DNA of 64,000 nt from Styela clava (GCF_964204865.1 NC_135255.1:14632001-14696000), one strand, 5' to 3'. Positions 27,449 to 38,464 are shown, counted from the stretch's first letter. A program made the numbers and translations. Notes: generated from the sequence alone by a model not told the origin.

Positions 27449-27950
27449 ATATGGGTGCGACCATGGAATAGATGGATGGCAAAGTATAAGTTGCAACAAG
27501 ACCACAGTGGCACAAGACCTCAGCTTGCGTGACTTGATAATACATCCTCAGTATCCATTTATTGATGCTTATCGTAATGACAAAGTAACTTGTGATTACT
27601 GTGGATTGGTGGAGATAAAGTGTCCATTGTGCTTTAACGGAAGCAACTTCAAGACGACCCTATCAAGAAAAAAAAATTGTTCGGTGGGTCTGGTAGTGAA
27701 GGTTTTAGTCTAACGTTGGACACCGATACTACAACCAGATACAGTTGACAATGAAACTTACCGAAGCGTAATATTGCGACTTTGTAATCTGAAAGGAAAT
27801 TCTGATGGGTAGCCGGCTAGCCGCAACCTTTTGTTTAAAGAATATTATGAGATATGATTTTTAAGAGTCTAAACTTTTATTTGAGAGGGGTGTAACCCAA
27901 GCTAATTTGCAAATGGTATTCATGGTACCAAATGTATCACACACTTTACA
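27449..27950 (+). pseudogene. YqaJ/lambda-exonuclease-like nuclease remnant of the ISL2EU element
   Basis: LIIHPQYPFIDAYRNDKVTCDYCGLVEIKCP and HRYYNQIQLTMKLTEA*YCDFVI are degenerate versions of the YqaJ motifs GASPDG, EIKCP, YYxQxQ and CDFV. Stops and frameshifts are present. Confidence 0.8.
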
Positions 27951-28029
27951 GTAATTATAAATTATATTTGAAAAATAAAGCACATCAAAAATGTATTTTT
28001 AAAAAACAATTGGTTTTATCTGCAGATAC

Positions 28030-29655
28030 TAGGTTGATATTGAGATTGACCATTTCAATGCTAAATTTTCTTTAGTCAAAAGGCACACTTGATTCGCAAA
28101 GATTTGTGAAAGCGCACAGTACACCAATTTGTCTAATGTTTTGATTCCATAGGCAAGAGGTTGTGGATCGGTGCTGATCAGGATGGGATATTTTTGCCTC
28201 TAACTGCATATTACATGTTTCACATGAATCCATCGTGCTCAAATTCGACTGTTTTCAAGGTCTGAAGGCTCCAATAGCCTTATTTTATGGGTACACAAGA
28301 GAATTTTTAGTGTGGCATGCATGGGTCAGTTGGAGTCACTAACCTCAAGATGTCTATAAGCAAGGATAAGATAACCTGGAAATAACATTCCATAATTTAG
28401 AGTAAAAAATGTATCTTCCTCCACAGGCCTTTTTAAATGGAAGATATGATGCCTCGGGGGTAATTTCTATCAAATATTTTACAGTATTATGGTTCTAGTG
28501 AAAAGGGGTGTAGGCGGCTTTTTTAAAGTGTGGTAAGTCTAGTCGAAAGACACATTAAATGTTTATGCTAACAACTGCAAATTAATATTGCAACGCATAC
28601 AAGTTAACAGAATTTGTTGAAATGGTCCTTTTGCCGTTCTTCAAAATCCCCCTCTTTCTAACTATTCTCTTCCTCTCTGGGGATGGCAAAAATTCAAATA
28701 TTGATGGGACATATAAGCAGCTGATAATGGATTATCTTCCCTTTTTCCTGAAAATAAATTAAACACCAATCATCATTTGACAGTGCCAAGTTTGTGTATC
28801 AGATCAATAATAAATTACCTGCTAACTAACAAAACAATCAGACAACACCTTCTGACCATTAATGAAGATTTCTTTCAATTTAAAACGCAACTATGCCTAC
28901 CAATGTGGGTAGTTTTTAGGATAAAATTTATCTGTGGTTGGGGACAGATTGCAAGGTGCAACATCGTACGATTACCATTCTATGTCGAGATTAGTTAGCC
29001 AGTTATTTGTTTTAGAAGCATGGACTTGATGGTGGGGGATGTCGTAATCGACCAGCGGTCATGTGAACCACCTTCAGTGGGAGGAGAGCTGCAATCCCCT
29101 CGCACATAACTATCCCCGCATGGGATTGGAACCTGTGAAACTCCCAGGGGGATCAGAGATGCGGTGGCGAGCGTATTCTTAGATGGAGAATTCAATTGAA
29201 TTCTGGTTATTTTTTGCATTAGCACTGGCGTTAAACTTTAGTTATCTATTCAACTTTTCACACTTACTAATAGATTACCTGCTAACTAGGGAAACAATAC
29301 CTTATGGCAATTATTGATTAATACCTTACACGAGTCAAGTCTGCAAGTAGGCCTACGCCTAGGCCTACCAATAACAGTAGTTTGTCATCTGCTTTCCATT
29401 GAAAGGGAGGGAGCTTATGAATATTCAAAAAAATTGATGACAGCACATTATGACTTACCATCAACGAAGTGCTGTTCGCAAACAGTGAAACACAAGTGAG
29501 ATGGCTTCTGGACTTGATACCAAGCAGTTCTGCCAATAGATGATATCCACATTGCGCGACGTTCCGGATCTTTTGAAAACAGTGGAATATAACTGAAGAT
29601 CCATTTCGTTGTCTATACTTTACGTACAACCAGCGGAACAATACGAAATAACCAT
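28030..29655 (-). pseudogene. THAP + Harbinger-type DDE transposase remnant of the ISL2EU element
   Basis: THAP exon 29655-29459 (MVISYCSAGCT...FHCF/KDPERRAMWISSIGR...VCEQHFVDG|gtaag). The next exon from ~28747 reads GKREDNPLSAAY/VPSIF. DDE fragments follow: NHNTVKYLIEITP, KACGGRY, PGYLILAYRHLEV, ARWIHVKHVI. Multiple frameshifts. Confidence 0.8.
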
Positions 29656-29982
29656 TTTCAACAGCCAAACAAAACGGAAACGTATAATCCGACTTGCAAC
29701 TGACAGGAGCCAAATGGACGTTTTTGTTTTATTGCCGTCCAGTAAACAAGGTCACGTGACCCGTGCAAGTCCTCTATTTCTAAATTTCGTCTGAAATCTG
29801 ATATTTCGTCCAAGATTTTTCTGTCTTATTTTATCCAAGGGAGCACTGGCTGGCTGGTTTGATTCTTGCCACGCGAAACTCGGGATTTTTTTTGAGGGTA
29901 TCGGTAGCGTCGAGAGTAAGGACTGCTTCGCCTTGTGTAACGTGTCCATATATTCGAGCATTGCTTTGTTTTAATTGTAAAT

Positions 29983-30165
29983 GTATAAGTATAAGTTTAT
30001 TTCGACTCCATAATCAGCAATGGACGATAAAAAATAGATAAAAACAAAAGTAAAAGTAACTGATTATAGAATCGGGAAAGCGAACAAAACCTAGAGTAAG
30101 GTTTGAAACGTACAGATTTTAGATGGAAAGGTATTGATAAAAGAAGTAGTACGTGTTCGCTCACT
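29983..30165 (-). repeat. Dispersed repeat, likely 3' end of a LINE or LINE-mobilised SINE; second copy ~35897-36095
   Basis: Both copies share gtttatttcgactcc(a/g)taatcagca...ctgattat...aaacct...taaggtt...aacgtaca...agatgga. On the minus strand they end in GAAATAAAC followed by short (ATACTT)-like repeats. Confidence 0.55.
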
Positions 30166-30476
30166 CAACCCAAATGAAATGTAATTTGACATTTTTTGCA
30201 CGGAGTATATGTAATAAGATTGAAAAATTTAAGGGAGTAATTGTAATGATAATTAAACTGAATTAATGTCATTGATCCAACCCTGGTCCAGTAATTAAAA
30301 AAGAGACAGAGTAGATATTTGACCTTTCGACCCTCCGTAGCAACAGCTTCAAATAGATCGCATATATACCCTAGTGGGCGCAGCTGATTTAGCAAGCAAA
30401 TTTCCTGCAGACTTTCGCTTCTCTAGTTTGTTCGCTTTGGTATTCTTCAACTTGATTTATTCGGCAACTAGAATAA

Positions 30477-33400
30477 ATGAAATCTGAAATGACCTTAGAT
30501 AAAGAGGCAGAGAAAAAGATTCTAACTGAACCAGGAGATAATTTAAAAATAATATGCTTGGGAGACAGTGCGGTTGGAAAATCCAAGTAAGTTGAACATT
30601 GTTTTACTAATCCAGTATTATTGAAGATTTTTTTGTCATCAAATTCTACGGTACCGGTACTTACAGACTTAAAATTATATGTCTTCTTGATTGGTAAACC
30701 AATTGTAAAAAATAATGAAACATCACTAAATTGTATAATATTGACTAGAAATTTGTTTTACTTAAGACATTTCGGGTTTTTTTTGCAGGCTTGTTGAAAG
30801 ATTTCTGATGGATGGATAGTATCCTTTTATTAATGAATTGTCATATTTTTGAATAATAATTAGTACCGGTAGCCTATACGGTAGTATGTATGATAACCAA
30901 TATTGACATAGTCTATATTCATATAACAAATATACCTACTATAAATATTGGGGCCCTGTTCACCCAGTCTGGATTTCATGGCCTTTTTGAACGAGAAATC
31001 GGGCGTGCAATCAGGAATTCCCGCGTGCAAATAAGAATTCCTGGCGTGCAATTATAGCTCACGGCGTGTAAAACAACTGCGCTCGCGTGCAACTGACTTT
31101 GACATTAGATATCTCTCAACACATTTGCGTAAAATTACCGGTATCGGATAAAAAATACGTTGAATCAGAGCAAAAATGGACGTTTGACCTCTGACCCCAA
31201 ACATTATTTCTACAGTTTGTCGCTAATTTTGAAAGTGTTTGTGCGACTTTGGATACCGGTACTGTTCAGTACATCCGCGTAAAATTATTGGATAAAAAAT
31301 ACGTCGACCCAGGGCAAAATGGACATACTTTGTCATTAATTTGGTAGTGTTTTTACGTAGAATTATTGGATAAAAATACGTCAAATTAGAGCAAAATGGC
31401 CGTTTAACCCCAAACATTATCTTCAAAATTATTGTATGAAAAATACGCTGAATCCGAGCTGTACCTGGCCAGCGTTGGTGCGAAGGCGATCTTTTCGTCC
31501 ATAACTCTTCTCACAGGATTCCTATCATTCAACACGATATGGTCTTTTTTGCTTCGCAATTTTCCGATTAGACCAAATCTTGCAAACTAGTATTTGTCGA
31601 CAATTGTGGAGTTATAATTTTTTGGAATCTTTGTATTACTGGATTATTAATTTTAAAACCGATTTACATTGGTGAGCAATTGCAAATTTTCGGCGTGCAA
31701 AATTGAATTTGCTCGCGTGCATTTTTGCGGAGCGCTAGCGCCCTCGGACGTGCTGCCATGTAATCCAGTCTGGCTGTTCACAACACGACTTAAGTACCGT
31801 ACTTCTAGTTGGCGTGGCACAACCATTTTTGCATATGGTATTCCTAAACCCGCCTGACAACATCATTCAGAAATCACGTCACTATGATGTCACAATAATG
31901 TACTAAGGCATTCCAAACTATACTCACTGTTATTTGAGTCGTGGACGATCATTCGAAATCGAGCCAGCTATTTATCGTTGTAACGATCCCAATATAAAAG
32001 AGATGGCTGCCGTTGGTGAGTTCGTAATCGCCGACGCAGATGCCATTTTGGGCGATCGTAGCTATCCTTCGACAAGCTTTATGAGGTGATTGTGACGTCG
32101 TATTGGCGTAATATTTGGATGACATAGCCAGGTGGGGGTTAGTAATAACATATGCAAAAATGGTTGTGCCACACCAAATAGAAGTAGCCTGTTTATGTTG
32201 TTTAGTGAACATGCGCCAAATATTGTATTTCTGGACTCTGGTAATGCTATACTTGTATACAGAGTTTGTTTAAATTATCATTGAATATGGGTAGTTTCAC
32301 ATTCCAGTGATCACTCATGTTTTCTTAAATTTGATTTTGAACGATATTCCTTAACACATTGCTAATATAGCAAACCACAACAATTATCAACATATGCCCT
32401 TACACTCTTCAAATATGAGACAAAGTTAAACGGCCAGAAAATTAATATCGGTGAGAAATCTTAAATGTTTTCACATTGACTGTGTAAAATTAAATTATAT
32501 ATGAAAAAATCTGAAATTGCGCTGTACTAATAATATTCATTAAAACATCACGTCTTGTTCTACTGTAATTTTTGTATTACAATTTAATTGGAAGGCCATT
32601 TTAAAGTGGTTAAATACTTCCACCGCCTAAAATTAGCTTGAACTTGAAAGTTGTCTCTACCCCAGACTATGAGTAAAGTCTTCTTTCAATAAATTTGTAC
32701 TGCATTTGTATTTTTTTTTAGGATATTTAGATATTTTAGGAACTTTCTTTCAGACGATATATATAGGGTGAAATAAAAGAGATCATGTACATATATTGAT
32801 TTCAAAATACCATTCAGTATGTTCACATGGTTAAATTTTAAAGGTATAACTCAATATTTGTGGTATTTTCTCTGTAGATTTCTGGGATACTGCTGGACAA
32901 GAGAGATTTTCAAGTCTCCATGCATCATACTATCATCAAGCTAGTGCATGTATATTAGTATTTGATGCAACAAGAAAAATTACTTACAAAAACTTAGCAA
33001 ATTGGTATAAAGAACTCAGACACTATCGACCAAATATTCCCTGTCTTCTTGCCGTAAATAAAATCGATGGTATGAAATTTTTGTTTCATTTCGACTACTG
33101 ATAAATTGAAGCTGTCAAGAGCATATAGACTTAATTATAGTTATTGTGCTATTATGGCAATGGCAATGTGGAATATTTAAGTCATTTTTCAGTTTACATT
33201 GTGTAGGATTTCAAACTAAATTACCACACAGCATTAAAGGAGATAGGAATAGGCAGTTGTCAGGATACGCCAGATCACATCGCCTAAAATACAAAAAAAA
33301 TTATGATGATACACTGTCAAACTAGTAATGTCGAAATAATAATTTTTAGAGGACATTGGTGTGACACAAAAAAGTTTTGCTTTCGGAAAGAAACATTCAT

Positions 33401-33539
33401 TACCATTTTATTACGTCTCTGCTGCAAATGGAACAAATGTTGTGAAGGTTTGCTTTTACATTTATGATTTGAGTATTAAATGTTACATGTACTATACACT
33501 TTTTGCAAATAGATAATGAGAATTGAAACCAGATTTTTA

Positions 33540-33570
<31 letters not shown>

Positions 33571-34157
33571 AAAAAACAGAATTAGCATTCAGCAAATACT
33601 TTTTTTTCATACTTCATTTTTGCTGAATATGTAATCTTGTGATTACAAGGAAATATTTAATACATTCAGTTTTGAATCTGACAGCATTATATGTGCTTTT
33701 CCATATAAATATTTATAGATATATTTAGTAACTTTGTTAAAATTTTCAGCTCTTCAGGGATTCCATTAAAGCTGCTTTGTCTTATAAGCAAAATACAACA
33801 GATTATATGGATCATGTTTTACAAGAACTTGACGTTAGTATACTCATATTTAAATATATTGTATAGTTTTAAAGATATGTCTTTAGATCACGTAACTGCC
33901 TAAAAATCCTTCATAATTTATAAATATATTATAATTTTTTTGTAGAGTATTGTAAATATTTAGATTAGCTTTTTTTAGTTGAAAAATATTTTTGTAATTG
34001 ATATTTTACACAGAATTTTGATAAACTTGGTGTTAGAGACAGCGATTCAGACTTATCAGAAGATGAGAATGCAGACGGAGATAACGGGATTTCTCAAGAT
34101 AGAGCAACCAGATCAAAAGGATCCAACTCTTATTCCAATTCAAACACCACCACATGA
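30477..34157 (+). CDS. RABL2: Rab-like protein 2 (RABL2A/B orthologue, ciliary/IFT small GTPase), 7 exons
   Basis: Exons 30477-30586, 30789-30818, 32371-32450, 32878-33069, 33350-33447, 33750-33833 and 34014-34157. They give KIICLGDSAVGKSKLVERFLMDGYKPQQLSTYALTLFKY, DFWDTAGQERFSSLHASYYH, NKID and YVSAANGTNVVKLF, the RABL2 signature. Confidence 0.95.
30949..32217. mobile_element. Outer TIR MITE (possibly PIF/Harbinger-like) interrupted by the 30964-31773 element
   Basis: Left arm GGGGCCCTGTTCAC...TACTTCTAGTTGGCGTGGCACAACCATTTTTGCATATGGTATTCCTAAACCC mirrors right arm GGGGTTAGTAATAACATATGCAAAAATGGTTGTGCCACACCAAATAGAAGTA...GTGAACATGCGCC. Confidence 0.65.
30964..31773. mobile_element. 810-bp MITE with 19-bp TIRs and 8-bp TSD (hAT- or P-like), nested
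   Basis: TSD CTGTTCAC at 30956-30963 and 31774-31781. TIRs CCAGTCTGGATTTCATGGC / GCCATGTAATCCAGTCTGG, subterminal CGTGCAA repeats and internal AAAATTATTGGATAAAAAATACG repeats. Confidence 0.85.
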
Positions 34158-36421
34158 ATATGCAAACTATAGTACAAATTTTATGGCCGTGCTTGAAAAT
34201 ATATTATTTTATAATATGCGAGTAACCTTGGAAATTGTGAAAAATTATTTTAATAAATTGTACTCTATGGATCATGTTTAACTTATTATGGATCCTACCA
34301 AAGTAATTTCAATATCATTCTTGGCCAGAATGCCAGAAATGCATAATACTTTCTTATCTTAGTTCAATATTATCTGTTCGCATCTTTAACAATCGCTGTT
34401 ACAATTCTCATGCTTTCAGCACTTTGCCAAAGATTTTACAATGGGTTGCATAATTGTTTTGAGTAATTTGTGGAAATAATATGTTTCGTGTTATTTATGT
34501 ATATTTAGATTGTCTAAATATTAGGAATTACTATTCTGTTATTCAGCTCTTCTGTGAAAATATATATAATTCGCTGTCTTAGTTCAAGGCCTGTTTTGTT
34601 AATTGAATTTTAATCTGTATTATTTTTATACTATGTTGTTCTCCTTATTTCTTTTGTAATTATTCTGTATTTACTGTTGCATTGCCTATTTGTTATCAGT
34701 TTAGTATTTATTTTTGTTAGCGTAAGGTAGTAAATTATGATATTACAAAAGATATCTGATCATCGTACTTTGTTTCACAGGCGGTGTCAACATCTCTATT
34801 GAGATTCAGTTATTGGTTCTAGATTGCTCATATTTGTTGAGTGTGAGCAGTTGTGTGCGTTTTCATTCATTAATAACTAGGGAGGAATATTCTAAAAATG
34901 AGTATATAGTCGCAAAAGATTAGATCATATATTGTATACAGAGATGTGTCATATTTCAATACATGTCTGCACAATTTGAACAAATGTTCAATTGTCAGGA
35001 TACTAGCCATGTTCATGATACGGTGGTGAACGGAATAGCCTACTTATATTTTCTTGTTTTTATCGAGGGTTGTAGTTGGCCACCATAGTGAGCTATTCGT
35101 CAGCATCTTTTTCTAGCCCCATTTGCGAGTGCCACCACGTTAAAAGAGCTGGTTGAGTGAAAAAAAAGTCTCCCGTCCGTTTGCCTCGGCTTAAGAAATG
35201 AGATTTTGCGGGTTGGACCACCTACTCTTCAAAATGAAATGAAAAAAAAAAGCATTTTTCTGTTTCATACGTAGAAATTTTTCAGACTCTCAAGACTTAA
35301 ACCCCGCTTACGGTCGAAACTTAGAACCTCCTTTTAAAAATTCGCGGCTAAGCCCCTGAATTTGCGATAACAATCAATCCATGAACGTTTTTGCATCGTC
35401 GCTGATCAGTCTCGCGAACATGCGAGTGTGCTCCCAGTTCTCAAATTTTAAATTTCGGCGCTCAGTATTTCCATAGTTCGGACAGCAAAATAGTACGGGC
35501 TGGTAATTTTATTACTTTATATTGTGTTATCTACGATAAAAAGCCAGAAAAACGAAGTTTTAGATAACGGTAATGATACACGGTACCGATACGGTATAGA
35601 TACCGCATACCGGTACGGTATAGATACCGCATACCGGTACTGATGTCTGGATGTAGACTTTCTATATACCGGTACCGCAAGATTAAATAGGATTTTCATA
35701 TTTATCCAGGGGGAGAGGAAAACCGATATGACAGCTTAAACTGCCTCTTGGCCGTGGAAATGCACGATATAATGAGCTGGTAAATTACTTGTGTAAAAAC
35801 AGAACAATGTACATTTTTATAACAAAATGGCAAATGCTGAAATGGGTGTATCAAAAACGGAAATAAAAATCATGTGTAATTAATTCGCTGGTGAAGTATA
35901 AGTACAGAAGTAAAAGTTTATTTCGACTCCGTAATCAGCATAACAATACATTTGACAGATAAAAACAAATAAATAAAAACTGATTATGAAATCAGGGGAG
36001 CAAACGAAACCTTAGATAAGGTTCATAACGTACAAAATATAAGATGGAAGGTTTTGCCAAGAGGAAGTGGTACGAACCGGTACGTGTTTACTCACCTAAA
36101 ATTATTAAGTTATTTCACAATTAAATTTATCTCACAAGATTCGAACTCTGGTGCGATGGCTAGAATATTCCTACTGCTTACCACAATGTGCAACGCTGCT
36201 GCACTTTTGTATGTGAGCCTGCCAGTGCAGCAGTGGCAGTTCAATTCTTTAGACTTCTCTAACATATTACAGTATTAATTCTCCCCATACAGTTCTAGTT
36301 TAAATGTTTTGCGAAATAAATTGTGCCATAACCAGTGCTAAAAATAAATACAATGCAATGAATATTTTTGTGCTTGACAGAATATACATACATTGCATAT
36401 TTTTATATTACTCCCGACAAG

Positions 36422-38464
36422 ATGGGTAAATCAAAATATAATACAGAAAAGAAACACCGCAGAGAAAGGTCCAGTAGTCGGGAACAACGTCGAGACAAAG
36501 AACGTGGTTATAAAAAGAAGAAGTCTAAATCACGAAAACGATCACGGTCATTGTCCCATTCATCATCAATTTCCAGGAGCCCCTCTGGGTCTGACCGCTC
36601 CAGAGATGGAGATAAAAAAGAAAAAGAATTTAGTTTGGAAAAAGAAAAGAGAAGAATAAAAGAGGAGAAAAAAATGCAGAAAGAAATTAGGAAAGCTCTT
36701 GAAACTCCAGAAGAAAAACGAGAGAGAAGAATCGCTAAAAAAGAAGAAAAAGAGAGGAAAAGAAGAGAGAAAATGGGATGGGACAAAGAATACATGGGAT
36801 ATACCAATACAGACAATCCATTCGGTGACAGCAAGTTGCTGGACACTTTTGTTTGGCATAAGAAACTTGATCAACAAGGTCTAAAAAATCTATCTGTAAT
36901 AGAGAAAAAGAAAATCATGCATCAAAAACAAGATGTAAACAAAGTCGAGCTTGCAAAAGTCAAGCAACAACGATTGGAACGAGAACGTGAGCGAAATCAA
37001 CGCGATGAAGAAATGGAAATTATTCAAAGAGAAAAAGAAGCGGATCATTTTAAAGTTTGGGAAGAACAAGAAGATAAGTTCCACCTGGAACAAGCGAAGC
37101 TTCGGTCCCGTATTAGAATAAAGGATGGCAGAGCTAAGCCAATTGATTTACTAGCAAAATATGCCAGTAGTGCAGAAAATATGGATGATCTATCTGGAAT
37201 AGAAATGCAGGAACCATATACATATCTAAATGGCTTAACTATTTTTGATCTTGAAGATTTGCTTGCTGATATTAAAATATATATGGAATTGGAACAAAGT
37301 AAAAATATAGATTTCTGGCGTGATATGACTGTAATAACCGAAGAAGAACTCCAAAAATTGAAACGAATTGCTGTGAAAGAGCAGGAACAAAGTACAAGTG
37401 GAATACAAGCTCGGGAATCTCGTAGAGAAGGTGTCAATAGAGCTGTGGCGGACGATGTAGCGAATATTTTTCACAGCAAAAGTCATTCTCAATTAGTTGC
37501 TTTACACAAGAGTATGACAGAACGAATAAAAGCTGGTGGCTCCAGTCTTGATGTTGGGTATTGGGAATCCCTTTTGTCACAGCTAAAAGCATACATGGCA
37601 AAAGCAAGACTCAGAGATAGCCATCAAGAATTGTTGAAAAGTAAATTATATAAACTTAAACTGGATCAACTTGGAGCAGATGCTGTTGAAAATACTTTGT
37701 TCCCTATTAAGCCAGAAACTGATCCTGAAGCTGGAAAAGCAGAGGAAGAAGAAGATGACAGTGAAAAGGAAGAAGAGAAACAAGAGGAAACGATGACGGA
37801 AGAAGATTGGGAGAACAGATTTATGGATGACTACGAAGCAGGGGGATTCAGTCCAAAACTTCTAAGATCTGGGGACATTCCACCTGACACTATTATTATT
37901 GATGCTGCAGAAGCAGCTCTCACATTAGAAGGCAGAAGAAAACTTTTGAAAAAGACTGGAGATGCATCGACAGGAACTGAGGATGCTTTTGTTCGTCACG
38001 TTAAGGAAGGAATGGATAATGCTGCAGATGAAGATGAAGCGGGAGCTACATTTGCAGTTGAGGCTCAAATATCTCAGCAGGTTTATTTATGGGCAGACAA
38101 ATATCGGCCCAGGAAACCAAGGTTTTTCAACCGTGTTCACACCGGGTTTGAATGGAACAAATACAATCAAACCCATTATGATTTTGATAATCCACCACCT
38201 AAAATCGTTCAAGGATACAAATTTAACATCTTTTATCCTGATTTGATAAATAAAAGTGAAGCCCCGACGTACACAATCACTCCAACTGGAGACAAAGACT
38301 TTGCTATTTTACGTTTTTCTTCTGGCCCTCCATATGAAGATATAGCCTTTAAAATAGTAAATCGGGAATGGGAATATTCCCACAAACATGGCTTCCGTTG
38401 CCAATTCATAAATAGTATCTTCCAATTGTGGTTTCATTTTAAAAGATACAGATATCGTCGATAA
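36422..38464 (+). CDS. CACTIN: Cactin (spliceosome C-complex factor), 680 aa, intronless CDS
   Basis: The ORF from ATG 36422 (preceded by an acceptor-like AAG) has an RS-rich N-terminus, GYTNTDNPFGD...FVWHKK and FHLEQAKLRSRIRIKDGRAKPIDLL. Its C-terminal CactinC domain reads KYRPRKPRFFNRVHTGFEWNKYNQTHYDFDNPPPKIVQGYKFNIFYPDL...FKRYRYRR*. Confidence 0.97.
   Translation: MGKSKYNTEKKHRRERSSSREQRRDKERGYKKKKSKSRKRSRSLSHSSSISRSPSGSDRSRDGDKKEKEFSLEKEKRRIKEEKKMQKEIRKALETPEEKRERRIAKKEEKERKRREKMGWDKEYMGYTNTDNPFGDSKLLDTFVWHKKLDQQGLKNLSVIEKKKIMHQKQDVNKVELAKVKQQRLERERERNQRDEEMEIIQREKEADHFKVWEEQEDKFHLEQAKLRSRIRIKDGRAKPIDLLAKYASSAENMDDLSGIEMQEPYTYLNGLTIFDLEDLLADIKIYMELEQSKNIDFWRDMTVITEEELQKLKRIAVKEQEQSTSGIQARESRREGVNRAVADDVANIFHSKSHSQLVALHKSMTERIKAGGSSLDVGYWESLLSQLKAYMAKARLRDSHQELLKSKLYKLKLDQLGADAVENTLFPIKPETDPEAGKAEEEEDDSEKEEEKQEETMTEEDWENRFMDDYEAGGFSPKLLRSGDIPPDTIIIDAAEAALTLEGRRKLLKKTGDASTGTEDAFVRHVKEGMDNAADEDEAGATFAVEAQISQQVYLWADKYRPRKPRFFNRVHTGFEWNKYNQTHYDFDNPPPKIVQGYKFNIFYPDLINKSEAPTYTITPTGDKDFAILRFSSGPPYEDIAFKIVNREWEYSHKHGFRCQFINSIFQLWFHFKRYRYRR

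Larger units (their letters stand above)
26665..29775. mobile_element. Decayed ISL2EU-type (PIF/Harbinger-related) DNA transposon, 3111 bp, AT TSD, very long mirrored arms
   Basis: AT|AGAGGACTTGCACGGGTCACGTGAC ... GTCACGTGACCCGTGCAAGTCCTCT|AT. The arms stay inverted-homologous for ~400 bp. Inside are a YqaJ-like exonuclease remnant (+) and a THAP-DDE transposase remnant (-) in convergent orientation. Confidence 0.85.
30819..32370 (+). other. U12-type (minor spliceosome) GT-AG intron in RABL2
   Basis: Donor GTATCCTTTT at 30819. Branch site TTCCTTAAC at 32347-32355, 15 nt before the intron end, with no polypyrimidine tract. Confidence 0.9.

Noticed and set aside
36368-36421. N-terminal extension of the Cactin ORF (698 aa in the ORF track)
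   Set aside because: It starts at a TTG in AT-rich, acceptor-like intronic sequence. The first ATG at 36422 follows an AG and begins the typical basic/RS-rich N-terminus.
36508-37492. Antisense ORFs of 67-130 aa overlapping Cactin
   Set aside because: Shadow ORFs produced by the purine-rich K/E/R coding strand; F/S/L-rich with no domain.
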